Shown here: one piece after another, positions 13,200 through 25,130 of the stretch
Position numbering within the stretch: the stretch's first letter is position 1
How the letters are laid out: every line of letters begins with the position of its first letter
DNA from: Octopus sinensis
Lineage: Eukaryota
Length of the DNA: 64,000 nucleotides
Reading direction: 5' to 3'
Assembly: GCF_006345805.1 (NCBI RefSeq)
Contig: NC_043005.1
Coordinates: 46,438,001 to 46,502,000 of the forward strand
Notes under the pieces: model-generated
Told to the model about the DNA's origin: nothing
What the model saw: the letters and a program-made list of their open reading frames with translations, nothing else
Database searches by the model: none
Program-made: the position numbers and the translations under genes

Positions 13200-14179
13200 G
13201 GAAATTTGGGTAATTTTAGCCAATCAACAGACAGCCTGGCATTAGCAGCTTGTTACCATGACAACCGCATGCTGTAATGTGGTTCACTGTTGGACAACAT
13301 ACCATCACTGTAAGTCTCTCTTTATTTAATTTGAATCCTTTTATTTCCTGCTCCTCTGATCCAGCTGAAGTTTTTGTGGGTAAGCACTTCCATTTTATAC
13401 AAATTCCATCAGCATAGTGAATTTTATCTGGTGTTAAAGCATAGTCCTTAATAATTTCTAAAAACGTTTTCACAATAAGTTGACGCTAAGAGCGTATCAG
13501 CTGAACGTTGTTCACCTGAAATTGCCATGCCTACTCTTAAAACTCCAAAACCAGCCTTGGCTGAATTTCATATCCCTAGTGATATTCAACTCTTTCTTAA
13601 GAGACTTTGCTTTAGCAATTAGCATTGGTCCCGATACCTTCATTTCGCTTCGATAAAAACCATTCAAGTAATATTTTATCGAATTGATCTTCTTTTGGTC
13701 CATGAATGGTCTTTCTTTTGATTTCTCTTCTTTTATTCTCAGAGAGAGGAGCAGCATTCAGTATTTCCACACTGTTCTTTTTGATATAGAACAGTGTGCG
13801 CCTTCCAGCCTTAAAATCTTTCAATATATCACTATTTGCAATGCCTGTATCTAATTTTTCCAGAATATGACGTTTTACGAGCAATGTTAGTGTAACTTGT
13901 TTTCTTTAAGAATTATATGCCATTATGATTGGGGTTGCTTTACACTATTTTCAAAACAATAAGGTAGTCTGAAAAGAAATAGAATATACAGCCAGTGGGA
14001 ATTAGCATTAGTTAATCTACATCAGTTACACAATACCCAGATTAATATTTCAGTTGAATACCTGACTAAGTCTATTTAAACTGCCTCACTGCAACTCTGC
14101 ATTGAATATACAAATAAAATTTAAGTTATGAAAAAATCTAAGTTTAGAGTAAGTCCTAACTAGAGGAGTTCTACGGTAT
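13200..14179 (-). mobile_element. Decayed Tigger/pogo (Jerky-like) DNA transposon, 5' part
   Basis: Frameshifted minus-strand ORF from an ATG near 13923: RKQVTLTL..KRHILEKLDTG..TLFYIKKN (HTH_psq-like), FDKILLEWFLSKRNEG/SGPMLIAKA..FSQGWFWSFKSRHG (CENP-B-type HTH), LTPDKIHYADGICIKWKCLPTKT..GFKLNKERLTVMVC (start of the DDE domain). TIR-like end taccgtagaactcc at 14179 abuts TA. Confidence 0.8.
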
Positions 14180-14187
14180 ATATATAT

Positions 14188-14847
14188 TATCAATAACAAT
14201 AAAAGGCAAAATTAATTAATTAACAATTAATAATTTTACCAACTAGTTCGATGTGTTAAAAGAACCATTTTCGGTTACCTTGTACATAAATTCTATAATT
14301 ATAAGCATAATTATAATTAGGGTTCAGCAAATTGCTTCACCAAATACCGAAATGTAGAAATAGCAGTTAAATACTATTCCTCTACCATAAGATATCTCTC
14401 AGACAGCAATACTCCCAAATTCACGTAAGTAAAGAGAAAAATAACGAACCCACCCGGCTTTGATCAACCACATACGCGTTTCTGGATTAAAGAGATGTAA
14501 AATTTTATTTTTACTCACTTATTTCCGTCTTCAGTGTAGTATTTCAATTATAAATTTGAGAGTACTAATAATTAGACATCGAATAGCTAATATCCCAAAA
14601 AACCAGTACTTCCGAATTTATACAGACGAGTGAGAACTCGCATTACTCCCAATCACCCACGTGTGTTACGAGTAATCCAGCAGAAACTGCAGTTTACTAT
14701 CAGGTAGTGAATTATATTAACAATAATAATAAAGGGTAAAATTAATTAAATAATTAATAATTAATAATTTTACCAAGTAGTTCAGTATGATAAAAGAACC
14801 GTTATCGGTAACCTGCTGTCTGGGAGATATTTTATGGTAGAGGAATA
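14188..14847. repeat. Complex element with a ~100-bp direct repeat and a 34-bp inverted repeat
   Basis: Direct repeats 14188-14280 and about 14712-14814. Inverted repeat tattcctctaccataagatatctctcagacagca (14375-14408) versus tgctgtctgggagatattttatggtagaggaata (14814-14847). Confidence 0.8.
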
Positions 14848-15294
14848 CTTTCATTACAGAGTTGTACAATCACGATTGGTTAAACAATAATAACGCGACT
14901 TGGTAAACATTTCGTATAATATCCTACAAACTCCTCTCTCTCTCAATCACTAAAGTCAGCTTAACCATCCTTGTACACAATTTGATATTTCTTGTCTGTC
15001 CTACAATAGGTTCTATTAAAAAAATAAAACAAAAAAAACATTAAGCTTCTCTTCTTCTTTGGAACACTAGACATATTACCCTCCCTGAACAAATTGCATT
15101 ACTTTTTGCCGACATAGAACATCACTAGTTTCCTCTAATTTGATGATTTGCAGCATAATATCATTATTCAGTTATGCATTCACGGGATATTTAAATATTA
15201 GGTATATTCTGGCAGACGAGAGGGTAGTGATTGTCAAACTTGCCGCTGTGTGAGTGTGTGTGTGTTTACCATATGTATATATATATATATATAT

Positions 15295-15498
15295 GTTGAT
15301 TCGTTAGCTACTGCACGCATTTTTTTTCTCTCCTTCTTTCTGTGTTTTTCTCTCTCTGTGTATCTTTCTGTTGAAGAGCGTAGGCTCGAAACGTTAAAGA
15401 CTTGTTTTATTTATATTTCCTGAGCGCCATACTAATACAATTGTTCGTTTGTTTTCCACCTGCCTTCGTCTTTTGTTTATTTTCATAAAGCTTCCGTT
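15295..15498 (+). mobile_element. Solo pLTR (3'-end fragment) of the Neptune PLE, inserted in (TA)n
   Basis: Matches 39698-39902 with about two differences by eye (one substitution, one homopolymer indel); TA repeats on both sides. Confidence 0.95.
15363..15400 (+). ncRNA. Minimal type I hammerhead ribozyme, A6U core variant
   Basis: TCTTT-CTGTTGA-A-GAGC-gtag-GCTC-GAAA-C-GTT-AAAGA: stem I TCTTT/AAAGA, stem II GAGC/GCTC, palindromic AACGTT stem III, GUU triplet. Confidence 0.7.
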
Positions 15499-15862
15499 AT
15501 ATATATATATATATATATGTTACCATATATATATATATATTTATATATATATTATATATATAATATATATATATACCATATATATATGTATGGCATATAT
15601 ATATATATAATATTATATTATATATATATATATACCATATATATATTATACCATATATATGTATACCATATATATATATGTATACCATATATATATGTAT
15701 AACCATATATATATATATTATATATATATAATACCATATATTATATAATATATATATATATATAATATATATATATTATTGTATATGTGTGTGCATGTCT
15801 ATGCATCAGTCTATACAATATAAACGTACAGATACATAGATACATATACATATATGCATACC

Positions 15863-15894
<32 letters not shown>

Positions 15895-16332
15895 TATATA
15901 TATATATAAACACACACATATATGTCTGTATATTATATAATAACATCTATATATATATATCCTATAATCGGTTTTTAATTTCTATATGGCATTTCTTGGA
16001 AGAATTCCGCGCGCCACCGGATTGTATTCAAAAACTTTATATAAATAACGCCCACCCAATGTATATATATATAATATATATACATATGTGTGTGTGTGTG
16101 CGTGTTGTTGTGTGTGTGTGTGTAATGATGTGTTTGTGAATATGTATATGTGTGGTGTAATATATGTATATAAATATATATATATATATACGCATACATA
16201 TATACATATATATAATATGTATATATATATACATATATATACGCATACATATATACATATATATACATATATATATATGTATATATATATACATATATAT
16301 ATATATACGCATACATATAACATATATATATG

Positions 16333-16395
<63 letters not shown>

Positions 16396-16421
16396 GTATA
16401 TATATACATATATATATATAT

Positions 16422-16459
<38 letters not shown>

Positions 16460-16572
16460 TATATATATTATATATAATATAATATACACGCGTACACACA
16501 CACGCACGATATATATATATATATATATACACGCGTACACACACACGCACACGCACACACACACACATACAT
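15499..16572. repeat. Very long degenerate (TA)n/(CA)n microsatellite complex
   Basis: Directly visible; it is the source of the spurious YI/IY ORFs. Confidence 0.95.
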
Positions 16573-17830
16573 ATTCTTTTTTAATAAAATAAAACCGTAT
16601 TTTTTCTATTCAGAGTCTGTTGTGTGCGGCACAGATAAAAGTTATTTCAATGATATCCTGAACTACATGGCCTAAGCAATTCCAAAATCATTACAATTAA
16701 TAACAAGATTAAGATCGTCTAAAATTGGTTGATAATATTTTCATGAAATGATATTTTCTGGTACGTTTGAAGAATGCCAATTTTTTTTTCATCCTATTTT
16801 TTCTTTTTTCTTTTTTTCCACCTTAAAATATATATATTGCTAGCTAGTTACTCTTATCAAGAGAACAATAGAAGCTGGATGTAACCCAAAATGTTGAATT
16901 GTAACCAACTAACCTAAACTAGTAACCTTTCACATGACTAATCTTTCCTATTAGATTGTTGTATGTTCTAAAATACATTAGCCAGAAACGTTAGCAAACA
17001 ACAACAATAATGCGTATTTCAAAGAGACGGTGTTTCAGACTGCACAGTAGAACACAAGTGCATTGAACAGCATTGAATTATACATCAAAGAATAGACGGT
17101 GGCGTGAACTAAGTCACTTTGGATAGGGTGGTAATATGACAGTATCCCATACAAAGAAATATGATACAATTTCTGCCTAAACCCTTTCTTCACAACTACT
17201 ACTATGTTAGACATGAATTATAAAAGAAAAACCATGAACAAGAGAAGCTGTGCAATCACACTTGAAATTCTTATATAGAAACGCACTGTTAAAAATATTT
17301 CCAAAACAGTATTTCATCTTAAAGTCGCTGTTTGAACTGGTGTTTTATATTTCATCTATTGTTGTCTTTGTATATGGAAAGGTTACATCAGCTTGTGCGA
17401 GGTTACATGACATTGTTGTCGAAAAAGGAATCAATGTGTTTTTTTGTAATTTTGTTCCGCAGTAAATGCTTCACTAAACCAATTTGTATTTTCTCGTCAT
17501 GGGAGTTACCTGTGGTAAAACACTCATATACATTTCGCCAGTACAATTCACACAGCATTGTTAGCTGACGTCTGAATTATACAGAGATAAACTGACAAAA
17601 ATATTTTAGATCTCACTTAGAAAAACAGCAATGAAAAAGGAAAAGTAATAATAAAAAGAGAACTTTCTACAGAGAGGTCGTAATGTCATGAACTTTATAT
17701 CAAATAGAAATATCTATTGACATTTCTTTTAAATGAAAGTTTATTTAAAAACCAAATTTCCCTGGAGAGAGGATGAATATATATAGTGAACTAGCTAGAC
17801 TGTCGAAACACTTCAGTGCCAGCTGAAATA

Positions 17831-17866
17831 ATGGCAAATGTTACCAAAATCCCTAAAGTGGCAAAA
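17831..17866 (+). other. Possible first coding exon or pseudo-exon resembling the crooked-neck (CRNKL1/Clf1) N-terminus
   Basis: aataATGG context; translates as MANVTKIPKVAK followed by GT(T). IPKVAKV matches the conserved metazoan crooked-neck N-terminus (recalled human sequence ..KQRIPKVAKVKNKAP). The donor GTTGCT is weak and no downstream exons were found. Confidence 0.3.
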
Positions 17867-18034
17867 GTTGCTGGCTTTGCTTTCCCTAAGTCAAAAAAAG
17901 TATTCAGGTGATGATATATATATACATATGCAATTAACTGTCAAGAGATAAAGAAAAAATTCTGATATTTTGCTTCTTCTTTGTGAATGTATGCTTGTAT
18001 ATTTCTCACTCTCATTTTATAAATACATACATTA

Positions 18035-18417
18035 GGAAGCACTCCGTCGGTTACGACGACGATGGTTCCGGTTGATCCGATCAACGGAACAGCCTGCTCG
18101 TGAAATTAACGTGTAAGTGGCTGAGCACTCCACAGACACGTGTACCCTTAACGTAGTTCTTGGGGATATTCAGCGTGACACAGAGAGTGACAAGGCCGGC
18201 CCTTCGAAATACAGGTACAACAGAAACAGGAAGTAAGAGTGAGAGAAAGTTGTGGTGAAAGAGTACAGCAGGGATCACCACCATCCCCTGCCGGAGCCTC
18301 ATGGAGCTTTAGGTGTTTTTGCTCAATAAACACTCACAACGCCCGGTCTGGGAATCGAAACCGCAATCCTACGACCGCGAGTCCGCTGCCCTAACCACTG
18401 GGCCATTGCGCCTCCAC
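18035..18417 (-). mobile_element. tRNA-headed SINE type C, full length
   Basis: Minus strand: gtggaggcgcaatggcccagtggttagggcagcggactcgcgg...gtttcgattcccagacc...tail gatcggatcaaccggaacc...gacggagtgcttcc. Confidence 0.9.
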
Positions 18418-18569
18418 ATACATACACACGTACTCAATCACTCACTCACACACATACACTCACACACACACACACACACATTTATATAATTAAAAGAGAA
18501 ATTCAAATTCAAGTTACGATCGTTTCAATAAACGACGACATATATAGATATGTAATAAATGCAGCACAC

Positions 18570-18616
<47 letters not shown>

Positions 18617-18977
18617 ACACACACACACACAGATATAGTGACGATCAAACTTTTCCGATATATATATATATATATACCCGCACACACCCGCATTAATACA
18701 CACGTATGTATGCGTGTGTGTTTTCTGGAGAATATATTTGTGTCATAATAAGGGCAGCTAACTTGTTTAAAAAATCACTGAGTACATTAAATGGTTTGTC
18801 TTGCTAAGGTAAAGAAGTTTTTTAGCTTTTAGGTGACAACTTCTTTCATGATAATCATAGATAAATCTCAATGACATTGATAATGAGCCTTAAATATAAT
18901 AACAGTAAATTAGTGTTAAAAGTGGATTAATGACTCAATACCGATAATTAGAATTTTTTGGGCTAAAATGAATGAAA

Positions 18978-19498
18978 TATCGTAAATCCTAGAGTATAAT
19001 CCGCATTTTCCCCCCAAAATTTAAAGGTCAAAATCCCTAGTGCGTACTATATACGAGGTTAAAACTGAAAAATATTTTAAGCAGTGTTCGAGTCTATTTG
19101 CTGTCCGGCAATGTTTATTCAGACGCATTTTGTGATGTCGGACGCGAAAATACCTTAAAGTAAGCCTGAAAGCAATGAAGTTATAAAAGAATCATCCATA
19201 ACTTGCAGTAAGCAACATTTATTAAAATAAAAGTATTTAGAACACAGAATAACATGTAACAAAAACAATTTGCAAACATATTTACATTCCCATATAACAG
19301 TTAAGAACATCACCATTATTGCATTACGCATGCGCGGAAGTGTTTATTCGACTAGTTGCTGCTAGCTTAATTGCGCACGACTCAAGTTAGAGAAGGGTGC
19401 ATATTATACATAAGGTTTAGATTTTTCAGAGGCATAACCCCCTAAAAATCTTCTGCGTATTATACTCAAGGGCGGACTATACTCGAGGATTTATGGTA
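18978..19498. mobile_element. Non-autonomous Tc1/mariner-superfamily (pogo/Tc2-like) MITE
   Basis: TIRs tatcgtaaatcctagagtataatccgc and gcggactatactcgaggatttatggta, TA termini, subterminal gcgtactata/gcgtattata repeats, no ORF. Confidence 0.75.
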
Positions 19499-20754
19499 CA
19501 TGAAATAAGGAGCATGTTATTTTAAAAATAAAATCGAAGATTTATAAAGAAGACTGATGTCTTAGTGAAGAACACGCAGCATAATGTTTAGCAAAAGGAA
19601 ATATATGTACGCGCGCACACACACACGCACACATACGCACACACACACACATACACACACATACACACACATTGTTGGTATGCTCAGTGTACGCTGCACA
19701 CCCATCAAAAATGGCAAATTCATTATAAATATTAACCTTACTCATTAATTCAATCACAAATCACTCGTTATACCCTGCTTGAAATTTGGTGGCATTGTGT
19801 GTGGCAGCACACCCAATACAACAACTGCCATACGCCACTGGTATATATGTGTGTATGTGTATGCGTGCGTGTGTCTGTGTATGTGTCTTCTTGCCGTACT
19901 GTTATTTATGAGTAATTATTTTCCTTAGTCGCAACAAAGAAAGGGTAGGATAAATAAGACATCATTTGAATTCAGAATCGTTGGAGGAGTACAGCAAAAT
20001 TCAAACAAAAAGAAATGAAGTACTCAATACCATTCTTTACTTTACTGTAGTGAATTTAGCAGAACTGTTTACATTAAATATAAATTTCCTGTTAATAGTT
20101 TGCAATGTTCTGCAAACGGATTTTATTTTAAAAGGACATCTACGGTATACGGATAAATCATCTTTTACCTGGCACATTAGCGCAAACTCTAACTCTGATG
20201 CTACAATTTCAAAGGATCTTACACAGTAAATTACTTCGTGCTTTACATTTTTTGAGTTCCGCCGAAGCCGACTTTGCTTTTCAAACTTTTAGGGTCGATA
20301 AATAGCTAACAGTCGAGCACTGGGATCGATGTAATCGACGAAGCCCACCCACCAAAATTGCTGGTCTTGTTCAAAAGTTTGAAGTCATTTTAAAAGCGGC
20401 GAGCTGGCACAATCGTTAGCGTATCGAACACAATGCTTAGTGATTCTCTATGTTGTGAGTTCAAATTCCGCCTCGGTCAAATTTACTTTCCGTCCTTTTG
20501 CAGATCAACCAGTCAAATACTTAGGTCGATGTGCCAAAATTGGAAAGAGTTATTATTTATCTTTTTTCCCATTTCATAGCATTTAGTTGTTGAATTGCGA
20601 ATGACAATCTTAATATCACGGTTACAAATCCAAGTTGAATGTCACTCTTCTCTCGTTCTATTATTTTATGGTTAAAGTAATGACTATGAATGTATATTAT
20701 AATTCAGCTACTAATTTCTATCTGATCCAACATTAATAATTTTATTACTTACTT

Positions 20755-20965
20755 GAAAATCCCTGGAGAAGGACATCATGCTCGGAATGGTCAGTGGCAA
20801 GAGAGGAAGAGGCCGACCAAGAACCCGCTGGCTTGACATCATCAAGAGTGATACCAGAATGGACATAGACAATCTAAAAAAAGCGGCCCAGGATAGAACT
20901 GACTGGAGGACACTGATCCAACGAGTAACCGAGAGTCGACTTCGACTGAGCGGATAGATAGATAG
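20755..20965 (+). mobile_element. RTE-BovB-like LINE, 3'-end fragment
   Basis: Plus-strand translation SLEKDIMLGMVSGKRGRGRPRTRWLDIIKSDTRMDIDNLKKAAQDRTDWRTLIQRVTESRLRLSG* matches the BovB/RTE C-terminal pattern; short (GATA)n tail. Confidence 0.85.
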
Positions 20966-22810
20966 ACTTGAAACTGCTTGAATTTTCAATCTTAAATATT
21001 TGAAGCACAAACAACATATTTATCAAAATTACAATAGGTGTAGACGTTGTTATATGGTAAAAAGCTTGCTTTCCAACCACATGGTTCCAAATTCAATCCC
21101 GCTGCATGGCACCTTGTGAGTGGATTTGGTAAATGGGAACTAAGAGAAGCCAGCTTCTTACCAATCAACCACTCCTGAGCCTATATTGAAGTTAAGTTCC
21201 CTCGACGGGGAAGTCTTCCTTGTTAAATGCACTGATCATCATATAATTGTCCTTTCATGAGGATGGCCAGGATACACTTCTGTTCTTCGTAACGTTTGCT
21301 AAATTGATGGAGACTAAAATAGTGTGTATAGAAAAACATATAATCAATTATAGTGCTTAAAATTTTGTGATGGTTATCTATGAACGAAACTGAACGAATA
21401 CCTACGTACGTCCAATCATAGACATATCTGTGCGTAAGATATCTGTGGTTTATACAGAACGTGCGTGCTTGCAAATTTGTGCACATACAGACGAATGTGC
21501 TGTTTGTGTACTTGTGTGTATAGAAGTGCGTCTGAGTTTTGTGTATATACAAATATGTCTGCGTGTGATTTTGTTTATACGCAAATGTGTCTGTGCGTTT
21601 AAGTATATACAAATGTGCGTGCCAGTGCGTGTGTTTGTGTATCCACAAATGTGTCTGCTTGTGTATTTGTATATATATACAAATGTGTTTGCCTGTGAGT
21701 TTCTGTTTATGCAAATGTGCGTGCCTGTGTGTTTCTGTGGTGTAGGGTTGTTTTCTAATCTCATTATTTCTATACATGAATAAATTGGTTTTATGATAAT
21801 CGTTTCAATAAATCTGTGTAGCTCTGTGTATTGCGAAATACACATGTCAATGTGTGCAAAACTGTGTGCGCGTACGTTTGCTTATCGCTCACATTTTTCT
21901 GTCTATTTGTGGGATATTACAATTGAAAATGAAAACAAAGATAAATAAGTTTTGGAAGCTGTTCATGAAAAATCGTCTTCCCCGCTGTTGATCTTCTTTC
22001 AGTTGTTCTTCTTGTTTAATCTGAGGGCTTTTTGAATCAAGTAAATCAATGATTAAAGGCGTTACAACGTAACTATCTTGACACTTTTTTTGACATAATG
22101 CATCTAGGACTACATTATCCAATATGACCTTCCCTTTAAAAACACGATATGATTTGATTTCAGGGAAATTTGGCTGCTATTACTCGCAGGTCGAGCGCCT
22201 GCGTAGATGCACCCCTGTTGATGCGTTTACGGGAAAATTCGGTGCATTTACGTATTTTGATGAGGAATTGTCTATCAATGTTAAGTGAACGAGGGCAATA
22301 TTATCAGCACACCGGGGGAAAATGTTCAGTGGCATTTCGTCCGAGTTCACATTCTGAGTTCAAATCCCGCAGAGGTCAACTTTATCTTTCATCCTATCGG
22401 GGTCGATTAAATAAGTACTAGTTGGAATTCAGGGTCGATGTACCCGACTTACACCTCTCCAGAAATTGCTGGCCTTGTGTCAAAATATGAAATCAATATT
22501 ATCAAGATATTATGGTGATGCCTCGTTGTAAAATGAACTGAACCGAAATTTCTGTTTATATATTATATTTTAATTAAGGAAAATAAATATATTACAATTA
22601 AAAGCTCATGGCGAAGAAAATGTGTTAGAATTTTCAATTATAATCATTAAATTAAACTGATACATTATAAACACGAATCCAAGGTAGAAAAAATGTCTGC
22701 ACAAAACCGTCCTATCTCATAATCGTATTAGTCAAGTGTCTTCAATTAAATTTGATGTTTATAATCGAAAATCTTGCCTATTTTATTTTAACACATGCTA
22801 CTAATATTGT

Positions 22811-23057
22811 GTGGATGCGTGTGGCTTAGTGGTTAGGGTGTTGAACTCATGATCGTAAGGTTGTGGTTTCGATTCCTGGACCGGGCGATGTGCTGTGGTT
22901 TTGAGCAAAACACTTCATTTCACGTTGCTCCAGTCCACTCAGCTGGCAAAAATGAGTAATCCTGCGACGGACCGGCGTCCCGTCCAGGTGGGGAATTTCT
23001 ACGCCACTGAAACCGGGAAACCGGCACTTATGAGCCTGGCATGGCTCGAGAAGGAAC
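22811..23057 (+). mobile_element. tRNA-headed SINE type D, full length
   Basis: gcgtgtggcttagtggttagggtg..gtttcgattcctggacc..ttgagcaaaacacttcatttcacgttgctccag..tail cctgcgacggaccggcgtcccgtccaggtgggg..aaaccgggaaaccggc. Confidence 0.85.
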
Positions 23058-23094
23058 ATTAATTTTTTTCACTAATATTTGTTGTTTTAAATTT

Positions 23095-23295
23095 TGGCAC
23101 AAGACCAGAAATTTCGGGGTCAGGGGGTCAGTTGATTACGTCGACCTCGGAGTTCAACTGGTACTTTTTTTATCGGCCCCGAAATGATGAAAGGCAAAGT
23201 CGACCTCGGCAGAACTTGAACTCAGAACGTAAGAGCGGAGAAACTGCCGCTAAATATTTTACCCGGCATACTAACGATTCTGCCATTCGCCGCGT
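23095..23295 (-). mobile_element. SINE type B
   Basis: gtcgacctcggcagaacttgaactcagaacgt...catactaacgattctgccattcgccgcg. Confidence 0.8.
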
Positions 23296-23425
23296 TAAAT
23301 GCGTTTCAAAAATCACAACTTTCAGAATTTTGAGACTATAATAAAGATCGAAAATCAATTAAGGTTATTCATAATTTTTTCAATCTATGGAGAAATAAAT
23401 TTGCCATACTTGTATACTACGTACG

Positions 23426-23466
<41 letters not shown>

Positions 23467-23832
23467 TCTAATATAAGAGAGTTATTTCACATACTCTAGA
23501 AAGTTTGTAAATTCTTATGACATATGATTGTGTTTGTGTGTACGTGTGTGTATGTGTATGTGTGAAGGCGCGTGGCCTTGTTGTTAGGGTGTTGCATTCA
23601 TGATCTCTAGATGGTGGGTTGGATCCCTGGACCGAGCGCCACGTTGTGTTCTTGAACAAAACAATTCATTTCACGTTGCTCGAGTTCCCTCAGCTGTAAA
23701 TGGGGTAACTTTCCAATCAGGACGAAAATTTACCTGTTAGTCTACCCAGAGGGCTGGATCATACGAAAGTAGAAAGCATCATACGAAAGTAACAACATCT
23801 AATGGTCTGGTCGATCACGGGATCATGTGATA

Positions 23833-24395
23833 TATGAAGTCTGATCAATAGGTTTCGGATTGTTGCCATAGTAACGACGCTAAAGCACACAGAGTAAAGT
23901 CACTTGGCAAAATTGACTTTAAGCGTGCACACTAAGTTTTAACGGTCTAGCTCCCTTCCGCTATTTATAGCAGTGCTTGGAAGGAAGGTGTGTAGCGTGT
24001 GATCGTCACATGACCATGACAGAAAAATTGTCATGGCGATACCTGCTCAGAGGCCTACACAAAGTTGCAGAGTGTTTGAGCCGCACACGAATAGTTCAGA
24101 CGTTACCAAGAAAAATATCGATATTGATGAACGTTCTGGGAGACCGCAACCACCAAGCTTTTGGCAATATTTGATGGAGATTCTCCGGTTAACTTTTTGT
24201 ATCATGGTCAATGCGACGATCACACGCTACACACCTTCCTTCCAAGCACTGTTGTAAACAGCGGAAGTAAACTAGAACATTAAAACTTAGTGCTGATGCA
24301 CAGTAGACTTCAATCTGTGACAAACAGCTTCACTCTGCTTGCTTTAGCTTCGTTATTATGGCAACAGTCCGGATACTTATCGAAGAGACATCATA
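23833..24395 (+). mobile_element. Mariner-derived non-autonomous element with ~190-bp inverted termini
   Basis: Left tatgaagtctgatcaatagg... and right ...cagtccggatacttatcgaagagacatcata are inverted, with a long internal IR (cttggaaggaaggtgtgtagcgtgtgatcg / cgatcacacgctacacaccttccttccaag). Internal remnant VFEPHTNSSDVTKKNIDIDERSGRP resembles the mariner HTH region. Confidence 0.8.
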
Positions 24396-24605
24396 TATAT
24401 ATATAGATGTGTATATTTTTCCCTTGTTAACAATTAACATGGAAAAATAGATAAATAGTTATCAGGGTAGCAAAAAATCACACAAGTAAAACGGTTGTAA
24501 CTCCTTGTTTTTAAAGGTAGAAATTTCGGGTTTATATTAAATATTTTGTATAATATATGTAAATAAATAAATGGAGTTAAACGCAGATGTTATTCAAATT
24601 CTTTT

Positions 24606-24694
24606 ACTTCCGACAAATGTTTCGAAGATATCACTGACATTATTCTAAAGGAATAAAATGGTGTAAAACAATGTAATCTTCTCTTCAGGGAAAT
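24606..24694 (-). ncRNA. Type I hammerhead ribozyme with extended stem II
   Basis: Minus strand ATTTCC-CTGAAGA-GAAGAT...ATCTTC-GAAA-CATTT-GTC-GGAAGT: canonical core, 6-bp stem I (one G-U), GUC triplet. Confidence 0.85.
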
Positions 24695-24929
24695 GAAGAA
24701 ATGAAACTCGTCAATAAGACATTTTTCATATTCTATAAGGTTTTATTTCATATACATAGTCATATACTTCTCATTTATTTAATTTTTCTTTAATTTATCC
24801 CTCCTCTTTCTATAGCCAACCTCTGACGTTATATGATATAACGTTTTTTCAAACAATATTAATAGCGTTCAGTTAATCAGTATACATCATTTTCTGTTAA
24901 AATGTTTTATTGACGAGTTTCATTTCTTC

Positions 24930-25018
24930 ACTTCCCTGAAGAGAAGATTACATTGTTTTACACCATTTTATTCCTTCGGAATAATATTAGTGATATCTTC
25001 GAAACATGTGTCGGAAGT
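24930..25018 (+). ncRNA. Type I hammerhead ribozyme with extended stem II
   Basis: ACTTCC-CTGAAGA-GAAGAT...(ttattcc-ttc-ggaataa inner hairpin)...ATCTTC-GAAA-CATGT-GTC-GGAAGT: perfect 6-bp stem I, 6-bp stem II base, stem III ACA/TGT with a 2-nt loop, GUC triplet. Confidence 0.88.
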
Positions 25019-25092
25019 AAAAGAATTTGAATAACATCTGCGTTTAATTCCATTTATACAGACACACACACACACACTCACACACACACACT

Positions 25093-25130
<38 letters not shown>

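Larger units (their letters stand above)
24565..25056. mobile_element. Fold-back (inverted) HHR-bearing element, probably PLE-derived
   Basis: Arms at about 24565-24725 and 24899-25056 are reverse complements around a ~170-bp spacer; each arm carries one HHR. Confidence 0.8.

Noticed and set aside
14510-14540. Minus-strand CTGAAGA-CG-GAAA motif
   Set aside because: No stem II and no stem I pairing.
15497-16592. Long YI/IY/HT/CV ORFs here and in similar tracts across the window
   Set aside because: They are translations of (TA)n, (CA)n, (TACA)n and (GA)n microsatellites, not proteins.
16615-16673. Possible terminal exon SVVCGTDKSYFNDILNYMA* after ttttttctattcag
   Set aside because: Good acceptor but only 19 codons, no recognisable homology and no partner exons; unsupported without RNA data.
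21889-22132. Protein-like minus-strand ORF (KVILDNVVLDALCQKK..EEQLKEDQQRGRR)
   Set aside because: No family recognised and only weak splice signals.
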